DNA of 53,721 nucleotides from a virus: UHGV virus genome UHGV-0138535; one strand, 5' to 3'. Shown piece by piece: positions 53,375 to 53,721 of this stretch (position 1 is its first letter; each line of letters starts with the position of its first letter). The notes under the pieces were generated by a model. It saw only the letters and a program-made list of their open reading frames with translations, ran no database searches and was not told where the DNA came from. The position numbers and the translations under genes were made by a program.

Positions 53375-53397
53375 ACAATGACGCCATTTTGTAAACT

Positions 53398-53721
53398 TCA
53401 GTCCGGCAAAACGCGGTTGAGCGTAGTACGATTGATGGCCCGGTCGTTAGCCAGGAATACAGCACGGGCGAAGCCACGCGGCGTTAGTGAGCGGATCATC
53501 TTTGTTCGCTTTGATTTTCCGCCTAACTTCGCGTGCTGCTTACTGTCTTCCCATTCATCTGGCATCGGCACAGGACGGAATAGCGGCTGCTTAAATCCAT
53601 TCCCGCACCAAATACAAGTTTTCTTCGTGTAGGCGTCGCGGTCGGCAATGTATTCCGGGAAAGCGGGATGCTTATCATCTTCCGGCAGGTAGCCACCGTA
53701 AGCGCACGGATTGAAGATAAA
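53398..53721 (-). CDS. C-terminal part of C5-cytosine methyltransferase-like protein (ORF open to right edge; in frame with 441..1 across junction)
   Basis: 107 stop-free codons from position 53721 to TGA at 53398..53400; CAYGG and RSLTPRGFARA resemble C5-MTase C-terminal motifs. Confidence 0.5.
   Translation of the reverse strand, partial: FIFNPCAYGGYLPEDDKHPAFPEYIADRDAYTKKTCIWCGNGFKQPLFRPVPMPDEWEDSKQHAKLGGKSKRTKMIRSLTPRGFARAVFLANDRAINRTTLNRVLPD

Noticed and set aside
53274-53477. Minus-strand 67-aa track ORF upstream of NinF
   Set aside because: Overlaps the 3' end of the MTase-like ORF in another frame and spans the CRP-like palindrome and inverted-motif region; low-complexity product, no RBS.
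1-53721. Interpretation as two tandem, oppositely oriented prophages (early region of one, late region of another)
   Set aside because: The edge-spanning in-frame MTase-like ORF and the complementary gene content (one repressor, one replication module, one lysis cassette, one structural set, one integrase, nin genes not duplicated) fit a single circularly permuted genome better; this cannot be fully excluded without flanking sequence.

Overview
The window reads as a temperate lambdoid siphovirus genome of enterobacterial type, and is probably a complete circularly permuted genome: a C5-methyltransferase-like ORF runs off the left edge (441..1) and an in-frame ORF with MTase C-terminal motifs runs in from the right edge (53721..53398). 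All calls are from reading the sequence and the ORF track by eye; no homology search was run. Minus strand, in transcription order: CI-like repressor (7230..7877), N-like antiterminator with a nutL-like boxA/boxB, Erf and SSB recombination genes, several micro-ORFs, Dam and the C5-MTase-like gene, then across the window junction NinF, NinG, an HNH endonuclease in frame with RusA, a Q-like antiterminator, a ~6 kb array of about 28 small accessory genes, a candidate late promoter plus terminator, holin/SAR-endolysin/Rz/Rz1, an HExxH protein, nine tandem micro-ORFs, terminase, HK97-like head genes, lambda-like tail genes (TMP, M, L, K, I, a 1656-aa J, side fibre), a terminator, an attP-like repeat region and a tyrosine integrase. 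Plus strand: nutR-like element, HTH protein, DnaD-like replication initiator, a zinc-ribbon/T5orf172-like moron, an HTH-metallophosphatase fusion, DnaB-like helicase, AT-rich morons, NinB and an AlpA-like regulator that overlaps the integrase 3' end convergently. Opposite-strand morons with their own terminators sit inside the tail operon. No rRNA, tRNA, CRISPR array or IS element was recognised. The most unusual content is the nine-gene array of single-helix micro-peptides (41593..42331), the paralog-rich accessory array between Q and the late promoter, the replication-module morons, and CRP-like palindromes and other conserved motifs recurring in intergenic regions.
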